Positions 38,422 through 47,427 of a DNA stretch of 64,000 bases are shown here, piece after piece. Under the pieces are notes generated by a model that ran no database searches, had not been told where the DNA came from, and saw nothing but the letters and a program-made list of their open reading frames with translations. The position numbers and the translations under genes were made by a program. Origin of the DNA: Candidatus Saccharimonadota bacterium (lineage in GTDB: Bacteria > Patescibacteriota > Saccharimonadia > CAILAD01 > BJGX01); the NCBI GenBank assembly GCA_046350735.1, contig JAXLZU010000001.1:384967-448966 (forward strand), given 5' to 3'. Within the stretch, counting starts at the first letter, position 1; each line of letters opens with the position of its first letter.

Positions 38422-38730
38422 ATGTCAATGATGGACAAAGCCAAATTAGCCGGTAAGGCAATGAAGCTACAAAAAGAGCTAAAACGTATGCAAATAGAGG
38501 CCGAAGCAGGCGAAGGTGATGTTAAAGTTACCGCCGGTCTTAGTATTGGCCAGGCAAGCATGAATGTAGAGATTCGTTCTATCGAGTTCTCTGAAAGCGT
38601 TACCGACGATACCGATAGACTCGAAAGATTGCTTATCTCGGCTATCAATCAGGCCAACAAAGAATTAATGGCCGAAGCAACCACCAAGATGCAAGAGATT
38701 GCTGGCAATCTCAATATACCAGGAATGTAG
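38422..38730 (+). CDS. ybaB: YbaB/EbfC nucleoid-associated protein
   Basis: KLQKEL...EAEAGEG.VKV, LLISAINQA; directly upstream of recR. Confidence 0.85.
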   Translation: MSMMDKAKLAGKAMKLQKELKRMQIEAEAGEGDVKVTAGLSIGQASMNVEIRSIEFSESVTDDTDRLERLLISAINQANKELMAEATTKMQEIAGNLNIPGM

Positions 38731-38753
38731 AAAGATCTTTTGGAGGGGAAGTA

Positions 38754-39353
38754 TTGAACTCAGAAGTTTTGCCAGAGAGTGTTTCGAATCTTATTGAAGA
38801 ATTCTCTAAGTTACCATCGATAGGCCCAAAGTCAGCTGAGCGATTGGTGTTTTATCTACTCAAACACGATGGCAGTAGAGAGCTTGGCCAGGCAGCAATT
38901 GATTTAAAGGAAGGGTTGGTACGTTGTAGTACTTGCCAAAATTTTTCTACCCAAAATGTTTGCAAGTTGTGCGCCAACCCTAGTCGAGACACCAAGCTTA
39001 TCTGTGTGGTTGCTCAGCCACTCGATATTGTTGCTATCGAAAAAACCGGTCTATACCGTGGTCGGTATCATGTCTTACACGGAGTTATTAGCCCTATTGA
39101 TGGTATTGGTCCAGAAGATATTGAGATAGAAAGTTTGCTCAGCCGCGTAGAGAGTGAAAAACCCGATGAGATTATTTTGGCAACCAACCCCAATCTAGAA
39201 GGTGAAACAACCGCTTTATATATCTTAAAGAAACTGCAAGATAGCCCTATAAAGGTTACTAAGCTCGCACACGGCCTACCAATGGGCAGTGACGTAGAAT
39301 ATGCCGATCAAATGACGCTTGGTCGCGCACTAGATAACAGACAAGCTTTTTAG
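38754..39353 (+). CDS. recR: Recombination mediator RecR
   Basis: LPSIGPKSAER, C4 zinc finger, YHVLHG, ATNPNLEGETTA. Confidence 0.97.
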   Translation: MNSEVLPESVSNLIEEFSKLPSIGPKSAERLVFYLLKHDGSRELGQAAIDLKEGLVRCSTCQNFSTQNVCKLCANPSRDTKLICVVAQPLDIVAIEKTGLYRGRYHVLHGVISPIDGIGPEDIEIESLLSRVESEKPDEIILATNPNLEGETTALYILKKLQDSPIKVTKLAHGLPMGSDVEYADQMTLGRALDNRQAF

Positions 39354-39387
39354 ATATTTTGCTGCTTATTAGGTATAATAAGCAGAT

Positions 39388-39921
39388 ATGAAATTCAAAA
39401 AAGACATTTTAATGATCGACTTTGAGACCACTGATGGCCGACCAACCTATGCCAAGCCAATTCAGCTGGCAGCAATTTTACTCGACAAAGACACACTAAA
39501 AGAAAAACAAGATTTTTCTAGCTATATCTGGCAAGATCTTTCTAAGGCAGATCCACGGAGTTTGCAAATTCATGGTATTACCCAGGACAATCTAAAAGAT
39601 GCGCCAGACCAAAAAGAAGTAATGCAACGTTTTTTAGACCACTTTGGTACTGATATCTTCTTAAGTTGTTGGACGACATTACTCGATGCTCGTATGCTAG
39701 AAGATATGTTGGCAGCTATTGGTAAAGATTTTATGACATACGATTATCATATTCTCGACGTCTGGGCTATTGCGTATACCGAGCTAGTAAAACAGGGTAA
39801 GGGCAACATCTCTAACTCTGTTCATACCTTTGCAGAATTTGGCTTACCTCCTAGAGGTCACCATGACGCACTCGAAGACTGCCGCCATGCGGCTGAAGTA
39901 TTACGTAAAATTATGCTCTAA
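39388..39921 (+). CDS. DEDDh 3'-5' exonuclease
   Basis: IDFETT (Exo I), IHGI, HHDALEDC (Exo III). Confidence 0.85.
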   Translation: MKFKKDILMIDFETTDGRPTYAKPIQLAAILLDKDTLKEKQDFSSYIWQDLSKADPRSLQIHGITQDNLKDAPDQKEVMQRFLDHFGTDIFLSCWTTLLDARMLEDMLAAIGKDFMTYDYHILDVWAIAYTELVKQGKGNISNSVHTFAEFGLPPRGHHDALEDCRHAAEVLRKIML

Positions 39922-39976
39922 CGAATTACAAAATACATATTACCTCTCGTGATATGATAAATATAAGGAAACAACT

Positions 39977-41356
39977 ATGTTAAGCCTGTATAATGCTCTC
40001 ACTCGGAGCAAAAAACTTTTTAAACCAATAAAACCCAAGCACGTCACTATGTATAGCTGTGGTCCAACAGTGTATGACCATGCTCATATTGGTAATTTGC
40101 GTGCCTATATCTTTGCCGATACTTTGCAGCGAGTATTGCGGGTTATAGAAGGCTATAGTGTTGATTGGGTAATGAATATAACCGATGTAGACGACAAAAT
40201 GATAGCTAGAATAGAGCGCGATAACCCTAGTGAAGATCCAAATACTGCCTTGGGCATACTGGCCGATACGTATACAGATATCTTTGTTGATGATATTGAA
40301 AAGGTTGGTATTGAGCGAGCAGATATAGCCAAATTGCCTCGTGCAACCGACCATATTAAGGGCATGCAAGCTCTCATTGCTAAGTTACTTCGAGAGAAGA
40401 TTGCGTACGAAAGTGATGGTAGTTTTTACTTTAGTCTCGATGCCTACAAAAAATCAGGCAAAAAATATGGTGTCTTGGTAGATTTAGATTATCAAGCCAA
40501 AGCTAGAGTAACGGACGACCAAGACCAGAAAGAAGGTGTAGCAGATTTTGTACTCTGGAAGGCCAAGAAAAAAGGTGAACCATATTGGGATTTTGATTAT
40601 CTTGGCAAGAATTATCCAGGACGGCCTGGTTGGCATATAGAATGCTCAGTAATGAGCACACAGTATCTAGGCTCGGTATTCGACATCCACACCGGTGGAG
40701 TAGATTTAAAGTTTCCACATCACGAAAACGAGATTGCGCAGTGTGGTGGTCACCAAGCCAACTTTTTTGTACATAACGAGCATTTACAAGTAGAGAGTGC
40801 AAAGATGAGTAAAAGCCTTGGTAATACAACCAAGCTAGCAGACGTGCCCGACCCACTAGCATTTCGTCTGCTTTGTCTGCAAGCTCACTATAGAAGCCAG
40901 ATGGACTACTCTAAGAAAGCCTTGCTGGCCGCACACGAAAGACTACAAAACCTTCGAGCCTATGTTGATCAATTAGTCTTGGCAGGCGAGCATCAGTTAC
41001 CAGTTGCGGACGATTCTGGCATAACAACACAGTTTTGGCAGATATTTACTGCAAGCATGGAGGACGATCTTAATACTTCTGCTGCTCTAGCGGCGTTAGC
41101 TGCAATTGAAGGTAAGGTGTTCTCTGGCCAAACTCTTGAAATACTAAGAAAGGTAGATGCAGTACTTGGATTGCAGTTAATAGACGAAACACCAATTAGC
41201 TCTGAAGCTCGTGCACTGTTAGCAGATTACCAGGAAGCGCGTGAAGCCAAAGAGTATCTAACGTCAGATAAATTGCGCGAAGAGTTACGTTCTAAGTATC
41301 TACTACAAGTATCTGACACTCCATATGGACCGCTCGTAAATAGAATTCGCAAATAA
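39977..41356 (+). CDS. cysS: Cysteine--tRNA ligase
   Basis: [31 protein letters not shown]. Confidence 0.97.
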   Translation: MLSLYNALTRSKKLFKPIKPKHVTMYSCGPTVYDHAHIGNLRAYIFADTLQRVLRVIEGYSVDWVMNITDVDDKMIARIERDNPSEDPNTALGILADTYTDIFVDDIEKVGIERADIAKLPRATDHIKGMQALIAKLLREKIAYESDGSFYFSLDAYKKSGKKYGVLVDLDYQAKARVTDDQDQKEGVADFVLWKAKKKGEPYWDFDYLGKNYPGRPGWHIECSVMSTQYLGSVFDIHTGGVDLKFPHHENEIAQCGGHQANFFVHNEHLQVESAKMSKSLGNTTKLADVPDPLAFRLLCLQAHYRSQMDYSKKALLAAHERLQNLRAYVDQLVLAGEHQLPVADDSGITTQFWQIFTASMEDDLNTSAALAALAAIEGKVFSGQTLEILRKVDAVLGLQLIDETPISSEARALLADYQEAREAKEYLTSDKLREELRSKYLLQVSDTPYGPLVNRIRK

Positions 41357-41383
41357 AATAAAACCCCAATCTTTCGATTGGGG
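41351..41383 (-). terminator. Intrinsic terminator of the minus-strand small-gene operon
   Basis: CCCCAATC-TTTC-GATTGGGG hairpin; the T-rich tail lies on the minus strand. Confidence 0.75.
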
Positions 41384-41387
41384 AATA

Positions 41388-41570
41388 TTAAGTCTGAATA
41401 GGGCCTTCACATTCCTTACAGACATAACCAAGACCTTGGCAACTACCGCAAACGGCATCTTGTCGTGAGCGAGTAGACAAAGATGCCGGATCGCCCCTGC
41501 CATGACATGTCCAACATGTCTTGGTTCCTGTATGAGAGGTGTCTAGAGTGCATTCTCCCTTTCGAGCCAT
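41388..41570 (-). CDS. 60-aa zinc-finger protein with DnaJ-like CxxCxGxG motifs
   Basis: AGAGGT SD; CWTCHGRG, CGSCQGLG, CKEC, plus an N-terminal Cys and His. Confidence 0.7.
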   Translation of the reverse strand: MARKGECTLDTSHTGTKTCWTCHGRGDPASLSTRSRQDAVCGSCQGLGYVCKECEGPIQT

Positions 41571-41572
41571 TG

Positions 41573-41683
41573 CTACCTCTTGGGTGTGTAGGTGTGGGTG
41601 TGTGATTTGTAATGTCTGTAGCGCCAACGAAGGCCAAACCAACAAAATGCTAGCCAGAGAATTACTCCCACAGCATTACTCAT
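41573..41683 (-). CDS. 36-aa membrane micropeptide MSNAVGVILWLAFCWFGLRWRYRHYKSHTHTYTPKR
   Basis: Hand-translated; start overlaps the previous stop (ATGAGTAA); hydrophobic helix plus basic tail. Confidence 0.55.
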   Translation of the reverse strand: MSNAVGVILWLAFCWFGLRWRYRHYKSHTHTYTPKR

Positions 41684-41786
41684 TGTCGTATGGTTCTCTA
41701 AACCGTTTCCGCACAGGCGAAAAGGCGAGGGCAAACAAGAGAACGACAAAAGCTACAAAAAGCAATATCGAATACCAACTACTCAT
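41676..41786 (-). CDS. 36-aa membrane micropeptide MSSWYSILLFVAFVVLLFALAFSPVRKRFREPYDNE
   Basis: Hand-translated; start overlaps the previous stop (ATGAGTAG); TM plus PVR tail. Confidence 0.65.
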   Translation of the reverse strand: MSSWYSILLFVAFVVLLFALAFSPVRKRFREPYDNE

Positions 41787-41889
41787 CGTCACTCAACTCT
41801 TTGTAGTGCCTACGAACAGGGTAAAGCAAAACTAGAAACAGTAGTGCAAAACCAATAATTAGCAGAGCAGCTCCAAAGACATTACCCAT
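41779..41889 (-). CDS. 36-aa membrane micropeptide MGNVFGAALLIIGFALLFLVLLYPVRRHYKELSDDE
   Basis: Hand-translated; start overlaps the previous stop (ATGGGTAA); TM plus PVR tail. Confidence 0.65.
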   Translation of the reverse strand: MGNVFGAALLIIGFALLFLVLLYPVRRHYKELSDDE

Positions 41890-42010
41890 TTGGGGCATCT
41901 TTCTTGTCTGTAGTTCGGGGAATTCTTACATCAGTACAGAGTGCCCAAATTATAGTGCCAATAAGTAGTACTGCTACAACAAACAGAATAAGATCAATAC
42001 TTATCTTCAT
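41882..42010 (-). CDS. 42-aa membrane micropeptide MKISIDLILFVVAVLLIGTIIWALCTDVRIPRTTDKKDAPNG
   Basis: Hand-translated; ATGA overlap with the upstream stop; single TM. Confidence 0.65.
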   Translation of the reverse strand: MKISIDLILFVVAVLLIGTIIWALCTDVRIPRTTDKKDAPNG

Positions 42011-42321
42011 CGCTTCCGCCTTTGCTCATCTCGGTACTCTTGTTCGGCTGCCCTGAGACCAACCTCGATCTCTACCATACGCACTACATCACTCTTGGCA
42101 GCTTCGCGATCGGCGCGACCACCAGGAGTGATTGGCTCGGTATCATCACCAACGTAGCTAAACCAAGTGCTACGAGCACTACCTGTTCCAAGCTGAATGT
42201 ACCCTAGAGAAACTCCATCCTCGCTAAAGTAGCGACACGTTCTAGCTTCGTTCAGCCAGTATGGCTCGCTTGGTACAGTTGGAGCAAATTCAAACTCTGG
42301 ACTATCTGGTGCGTTCGTCAC
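42007..42321 (-). CDS. Hypothetical soluble protein (104 aa), first gene of the micropeptide operon
   Basis: GGAGGA SD before GTG at 42321. Confidence 0.65.
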   Translation of the reverse strand: MTNAPDSPEFEFAPTVPSEPYWLNEARTCRYFSEDGVSLGYIQLGTGSARSTWFSYVGDDTEPITPGGRADREAAKSDVVRMVEIEVGLRAAEQEYRDEQRRKR

Positions 42322-42358
42322 GGCTCCTCCGGAAATGTGGGGTGCAAAAACTGTGCCA

Positions 42359-42387
42359 ATTATACTAAAAAAATATATTTTAGACAA
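42359..42387 (-). promoter_or_regulatory. Sigma-70 promoter of the micropeptide operon
   Basis: Minus strand TTGTCT, 17 nt spacer, TATAAT. Confidence 0.7.
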
Positions 42388-42427
42388 GTTTGATTATTAG
42401 CTTAAATATAAGCGGTATAATATAGCT

Positions 42428-43648
42428 ATGCAAAAGGTTACATTGCCACAAGAGAAGGCTATTTCTGCTTACAAAGATTTAGTTTCTAAAGACATATTAG
42501 AAGAATTGCATCAATTATCTTCTAGGCTGAAGGGCAAGAAGGTTGTCGAAATTAACGCTACTAGCTTTGGAGGTGGAGTAGCAGAATTATTACGCAGCCA
42601 AGTACCACTAATGAGAGAGCTTGGTATAGATGTGGACTGGTATGTATTACCTCCTGACGATCGGTTTTTTACCACTACCAAGCAGTTACATAATTGTTTA
42701 CAGGGTATCTGCCCATTACACCCAGAAATAGATCTAGATTACTATCAAGCGTATTCCGATGGTATAGCCAAACATTTGCCAGAAGCAGATATTTATATTT
42801 TGCACGACCCACAGACGCTTGGGTTGGCAAAGCATCTTAAAGCAAAGCACGTTGTCTGGCGTTGTCATATTGACCTAAGCGATGCCGATACTGCCACACA
42901 TGATTGGCTAAAACAACATTATCAGCATATTACTAAGGCTATTTTTTCTCTCGAGGCCTATGTGCATGGTTTAGATAGGGCTAAGACAGCTATTGTACAT
43001 CCTGCAATAGACCCATTTAACAAAAAAAATCGCTTACTCACCCAAGAAGAGTGTCGTGTTATTATTGCTCGACAAGCAATAGATCAAAACCGACCCTATA
43101 TATTACAGGTCTCACGCTTTGATAAATTTAAAGACCCACTTGGTGTATTACATATTTTTGCAGAACTAAAAAAACGAGTGCCAGACTTGCAGTGTGTATT
43201 GATGGGTAATTATGCTACCGACGACCCGGAGGGAATCGAGTACTATAAGGTAGTGCATACGTTGGCAAAAAAAGTAGATCCGTATAATGCTCATATTATT
43301 GTTCAGGCAGACGACCTAACAATTAATGCTTTTCAACGTCAGGCAGTAGTGGTTATACAAAACTCCACCAAGGAAGGGTTTGGCTTAACGGTAACAGAGG
43401 CCCTCTGGAAGAAAAAAATTGTATTCTCTCGACCAGTAGGCGGCATAGCTCTGCAGATAATTAACAACAAAACGGGGTATTACTTAACCGATAATACCAA
43501 TACATCGGCACACAAGATTGCTGAGGTTTTGTCTGACGATAGTGCTAACCAAAAGCACATTACCCAGACAGCACATCAGCTGGTGAGAAAGCGATTTATT
43601 ACACCCATAATGGTACGAGATTATTTACGGGTATACTCTACCGAATAG
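42428..43648 (+). CDS. GT4 glycosyltransferase, TreT trehalose synthase-like
   Basis: INATSFGGGVAELL, HDPQ, WRCHID, QVSRFDKFKDP, EGFGLTVTEALWK. Confidence 0.85.
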   Translation: MQKVTLPQEKAISAYKDLVSKDILEELHQLSSRLKGKKVVEINATSFGGGVAELLRSQVPLMRELGIDVDWYVLPPDDRFFTTTKQLHNCLQGICPLHPEIDLDYYQAYSDGIAKHLPEADIYILHDPQTLGLAKHLKAKHVVWRCHIDLSDADTATHDWLKQHYQHITKAIFSLEAYVHGLDRAKTAIVHPAIDPFNKKNRLLTQEECRVIIARQAIDQNRPYILQVSRFDKFKDPLGVLHIFAELKKRVPDLQCVLMGNYATDDPEGIEYYKVVHTLAKKVDPYNAHIIVQADDLTINAFQRQAVVVIQNSTKEGFGLTVTEALWKKKIVFSRPVGGIALQIINNKTGYYLTDNTNTSAHKIAEVLSDDSANQKHITQTAHQLVRKRFITPIMVRDYLRVYSTE

Positions 43649-43840
43649 TTGGGGGTTAGTCCGGTAGTTTAGGCAGTTAAAACCACTAGTATTTTTACCT
43701 AACGTGTGCTATATTAGAGGCACTAGAAAGCCGCCATAGAAAGCTAGTTATAATATTAATACGTCAGTGCAAAAGAGGAGCGGCAGACTTTTAACGGTTT
43801 ACCTCTGAGCGAACGACAGAAGAAAAAGGTAAATAGTTAG

Positions 43841-44098
43841 ATGTCAAAAAAATTATTTGTAGGAAACCTATCCTACGGCGTTACCGACGAATCATTAAAA
43901 GAATTTTTTGAAGGTGTTGGTACTGTAGAATCAGCCAAAGTAATAACTGACCGCGAAACCGGCCGCTCACGTGGTTTTGGGTTTGTAGAAATGAGCAGCG
44001 AAGACGAAGCTAAAAAAGCTATCGACGAGCTCAACGAAAAAGAACTAGACGGACGCGCAATTAGCGTTAACGAAGCTCGACCACAAGAAGAACGCTAA
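43841..44098 (+). CDS. RRM RNA-binding protein
   Basis: KLFVGNL (RNP2), RGFGFVEM (RNP1). Confidence 0.96.
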   Translation: MSKKLFVGNLSYGVTDESLKEFFEGVGTVESAKVITDRETGRSRGFGFVEMSSEDEAKKAIDELNEKELDGRAISVNEARPQEER

Positions 44099-44112
44099 AA
44101 GCATTCTTTCTT

Positions 44113-44149
44113 ACTAAAAAACCGACCTAGAATAGGTCGGTTTTTTAGT
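44113..44149. terminator. Bidirectional intrinsic terminator
   Basis: ACTAAAAAACCGACCTA-GAA-TAGGTCGGTTTTTTAGT between convergent genes. Confidence 0.9.
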
Positions 44150-44154
44150 GCTTG

Positions 44155-44883
44155 TTATTGAATATCTTTATGTTGGCGGCCAAGGCTACCCACTACCAGT
44201 GCCACACCGGCAACCAAGTATATTTGTCCAATAATAGATTCAGAGACAGCTAACATACGCCCAAGATTGCTGGCTGCTACAAAATCGCCAAAGCCAACCG
44301 TAGTTAAGCAAGAGTAGCTAAAATAAACATATATAACTTGTTGCTGTACGTCTTGCCCGGCAAAGTAATTCCCATTAGAAGCTATACCTAGCAGGGCATA
44401 AACAGCTGCAAAGAACAGCCCTATTTGTAGGTATATACAGAGCGCGCCAAACACTGTCGATATATTAATTTTGGCATGCCGAATAAGCCGACGAATAATA
44501 AGAGCAATAATAGATAGATCTAATAGTATTGCCACAATGTATGCAGGTATTTTGGCATACTGATTAAAACCATTCATTGGGTAGTAGTGGTCTATTGTTA
44601 CTACTGAGGCAGCTGTAGCAATAAAGATAACCAGCCAAAGTGCAATAAAAGACTTACCACGAATGTGAATTCCAGATGAGCGCAGCGCTATAAATAGTGT
44701 AAGAATTTGTATTACTACTGCTACAAGAAGAACAAGTCGATGGCTAAAGCCACTCATCAAGATTAACTGCAGCAAGATAAGTATAAGTAATACACCATAT
44801 CTATCGAGACCAAAAAGGTGTTTACGCCAGTCTGAGCTAAACTCTTTCTCTATAGCCTTTTCTTCGTTTATGAAGTGACTCAT
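44155..44883 (-). CDS. Potassium-channel-family membrane protein
   Basis: YFSY..LTTVGFGD pore motif, multiple TMs. Confidence 0.85.
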   Translation of the reverse strand: MSHFINEEKAIEKEFSSDWRKHLFGLDRYGVLLILILLQLILMSGFSHRLVLLVAVVIQILTLFIALRSSGIHIRGKSFIALWLVIFIATAASVVTIDHYYPMNGFNQYAKIPAYIVAILLDLSIIALIIRRLIRHAKINISTVFGALCIYLQIGLFFAAVYALLGIASNGNYFAGQDVQQQVIYVYFSYSCLTTVGFGDFVAASNLGRMLAVSESIIGQIYLVAGVALVVGSLGRQHKDIQ

Positions 44884-44941
44884 TGTTGTATTATAGCATC
44901 AATACTGGTAGGAGATTGAAATAGTAAAATGCGCAAAAAAA

Positions 44942-45370
44942 TTATTTTTTTGTTTTAGATTTCTTACTAAGTCTTTGCTGAATTTGCTTAATACTGGGTT
45001 TTGGCTCGTCTAGCACCTCAATTCTCATTGGCTTTCTACTAAAACCAATTTGCAGCATGCCAAAAGGCGAACCTGGTATAAGCCAAAATGTTGAGTAAGC
45101 AAAGCTCTTATGAAAAACTCTACCCAAGCGATACGCAACCGCTACAGAATAAACTGCGCCCACACCAGGAGTAAGAGAAAGGGCAAACCAGCTCTTTGGC
45201 AGTCGAAGAGCATGTATTAGCCGAGCAAAGTTATACATTGGCACAATGGCATGCCAGCCCGGCTCTCCGAGCTTGCGAAACACCATACTTAGCCCAAGAG
45301 CGTAACATAAGTAGAGGGCAATTGAGAAAATAATTACAATAATACCGGCATTAATAATGGCTTGTATCAT
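44942..45370 (-). CDS. DUF5684-like membrane protein
   Basis: VFRKLGEPGWHAIVPMYN and LGRVFHKS motifs. Confidence 0.75.
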   Translation of the reverse strand: MIQAIINAGIIVIIFSIALYLCYALGLSMVFRKLGEPGWHAIVPMYNFARLIHALRLPKSWFALSLTPGVGAVYSVAVAYRLGRVFHKSFAYSTFWLIPGSPFGMLQIGFSRKPMRIEVLDEPKPSIKQIQQRLSKKSKTKK

Positions 45371-45459
45371 ATAATAATCGTACCATAGTTTGGTAGCACT
45401 ATTCTGTTTATCTACCAATCTTGAAACTATAGCAAGTAAAAGCTATAATATAGCTCTAT

Positions 45460-45534
45460 TGGGGCGTGGCCAAGTGGTAAGGCAACGGCTTTTGGTGCCG
45501 TCATTCGTAGGTTCGAATCCTACCGCCCCAGCCA
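45460..45534 (+). tRNA. tRNA-Gln(TTG), probable integration site
   Basis: TGGGGCG/CGCCCCA acceptor stem, ACGGC-TTTTGGT-GCCGT anticodon arm, GGTTCGAATCC, CCA. Confidence 0.97.
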
Positions 45535-45609
45535 TATAGAACGCAACTGCTCTTCGAACTCATCCTCACTCCTGTTATTTAAGCCATTTTTAGTAGTTTT
45601 GATTGTCAT
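45520..45609 (-). CDS. Putative 29-aa peptide MTIKTTKNGLNNRSEDEFEEQLRSIWLGR coupled to the recombinase and ending inside antisense tRNA-Gln
   Basis: GGAGGT SD in the last recombinase codons; ATGA overlap; last codons TGG CTG GGG CGG TAG are the reverse complement of the tRNA 3' end. Confidence 0.45.
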   Translation of the reverse strand: MTIKTTKNGLNNRSEDEFEEQLRSIWLGR

Positions 45610-47096
45610 TTTGTAACCTCCATTAATTTACGTGTTTCTAAGACATTTTCCGCGATTGCACGAGCGAAATTCGTGTATTTAACAGATAGAGCACCTCCTT
45701 TTAATGTTACATCAGCGAAAAGTTTTGATATTATCAGCCTTTTTTGATCCGGCGACTTTTTGCAATAGATTCCAGCAGCCTTTTGCGATAGTTCTAGTAG
45801 GACGAGCCTTTGTTGCAGGCTCTTTGATAGTGAGTTATCCAGCTTGCTCAGTTTTCCACCAAGCTCTGTGAGTTGATCTGTGAACTGCTGGTGCTTTTCC
45901 TCGTACTTAGCTTGAGGTATGTCGCCGGATAACTTGTCATCATACAAACCCTCATCCATACGCTTAATACGGTCAATTTGGAGCTGGATGGAGGCTTGCA
46001 GCCTATCTTGGCCTTCTACCGTATCCTGGTAGTGCTCACGCATGGCATTAGCCACCCAGTCAATAATCGCTGGCGAGGGACAAATAAGCTTTTCTAACAT
46101 TTCAACGATCATTTGCTCAACTCGGTCTTCACGAAGTAGTTTGACGGTCTTACAAGTCTCACTACGACGCTTACAGACGCCGTAGTAGCGGCCTTTTTGC
46201 AACTGCCAAGTTACGGCAGTGCCACAGTCTTCACAGCGGATGAGACTCTTCAATGGCGGGTTATGTCGAACATAGACCAACGGCCGGCCTTTGTGCATTT
46301 TATGTTGTACCTTTTCAAACAAGTCTTTACTAATTATGGGTTCTTGGGCGCCTGGATAGTCTTTACCATTAAAGCGGTTAATGCCGATGTAAAATGGATT
46401 CGTTAATATCTTCTGCACCTGACTTTTCGCGTAAGGCCTACCTTTACGAGTCGTAATGCCCATTAGTTTCATTTCTTCAGCAACTGATGCTATGGAATGG
46501 TTTGGCTCGATATACTTCTTAAAGATCTCTTGCATTAGGCTGGTGGTCGCCGGATCAGGCACGTGAATACGTTTGCCACCTTCAACGATGGTTATGTAGC
46601 CCGGGGGTGGTACTGAGGGCAACCAGCCTTGGGCAAGCTTCTCAGCCCAACCCTTCATGGCTTCTTCACGGAGGTTGTCGGTGTACTTTTTAGCAACAGA
46701 TATATGGATATTCCACATAAACTTAACATCTGACTTGGCATTCTTGTGGAGTAATAAGTTCTCTTTAACAGCATGGAGTCTTCGGTTATCGTCTGTTTCT
46801 AACCAATCATCGATAGCTACTGCATCGCGAAAGTTTCGAGTAAACCGATCAGTTTTCTCAATAGCTAAGTGATAGATGTTGTTTTTAGAGATATAGGCTA
46901 GGAGTTCGTGGAAAACCTTACGGCTCTGTTCTTTTGAAGCCGTTTCAGCAATTTTAAAGACTTTAACAACCTTCAAGTCCTTATTTTCGCAATAGCCTTG
47001 TAGCAGCTTTAGTTGGGAATCTAACGAATAACCTTCATCTTCTTGGGACTTACTGGAGACTCGAGCTAGTATGACCGCGTTGAACTGTTGATCCAT
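45606..47096 (-). CDS. Large serine recombinase (integrase)
   Basis: ARVSSKSQ (catalytic Ser), ETAS, DRFTR, recombinase domain ILTNPFYIG, CEDCG zinc ribbon, coiled coil. Confidence 0.95.
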   Translation of the reverse strand: MDQQFNAVILARVSSKSQEDEGYSLDSQLKLLQGYCENKDLKVVKVFKIAETASKEQSRKVFHELLAYISKNNIYHLAIEKTDRFTRNFRDAVAIDDWLETDDNRRLHAVKENLLLHKNAKSDVKFMWNIHISVAKKYTDNLREEAMKGWAEKLAQGWLPSVPPPGYITIVEGGKRIHVPDPATTSLMQEIFKKYIEPNHSIASVAEEMKLMGITTRKGRPYAKSQVQKILTNPFYIGINRFNGKDYPGAQEPIISKDLFEKVQHKMHKGRPLVYVRHNPPLKSLIRCEDCGTAVTWQLQKGRYYGVCKRRSETCKTVKLLREDRVEQMIVEMLEKLICPSPAIIDWVANAMREHYQDTVEGQDRLQASIQLQIDRIKRMDEGLYDDKLSGDIPQAKYEEKHQQFTDQLTELGGKLSKLDNSLSKSLQQRLVLLELSQKAAGIYCKKSPDQKRLIISKLFADVTLKGGALSVKYTNFARAIAENVLETRKLMEVTK

Positions 47097-47105
47097 AACA
47101 ACCTC

Positions 47106-47267
47106 TTAAATAGCTCCCGCTAAGACTTCAAAGAAGTTTATGAGCGACTCGCCGACCTCTAGAGCTTCATCATAGCTAATTGACCGTTTTTGTTTTGTTT
47201 CGAGAATTTTACGGAGTACTTCGATACTATCAGTTGATAGTGTTTCGGTACTTTCTTGATTGTTCAT
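47106..47267 (-). CDS. 53-aa protein directly upstream of the recombinase
   Basis: Hand-translated MNNQESTETLSTDSIEVLRKILETKQKRSISYDEALEVGESLINFFEVLAGAI; GGAGGG SD; ends 10 nt before the recombinase ATG. Confidence 0.65.
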   Translation of the reverse strand: MNNQESTETLSTDSIEVLRKILETKQKRSISYDEALEVGESLINFFEVLAGAI

Positions 47268-47427
47268 TCTGGATACCCTCCAATGCTTATAAGGATAGTA
47301 TACTACGCCTATAGGGATAGTTACAAGGGGTTTTCCACAGTAATTTTTAACTATTTTTCAGTGTATCTTTACAGCTAATTTGTTTGGTTTTAACGGGGTT
47401 AAAGCAATTATGGCGTATAATAACGGT

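Noticed and set aside
41443-41835. ORFs 41539-41835 (+) and 41443-41637 (-)
   Set aside because: They conflict with the coupled minus-strand micropeptides and zinc-finger gene, which have promoter, SD/overlap and terminator support
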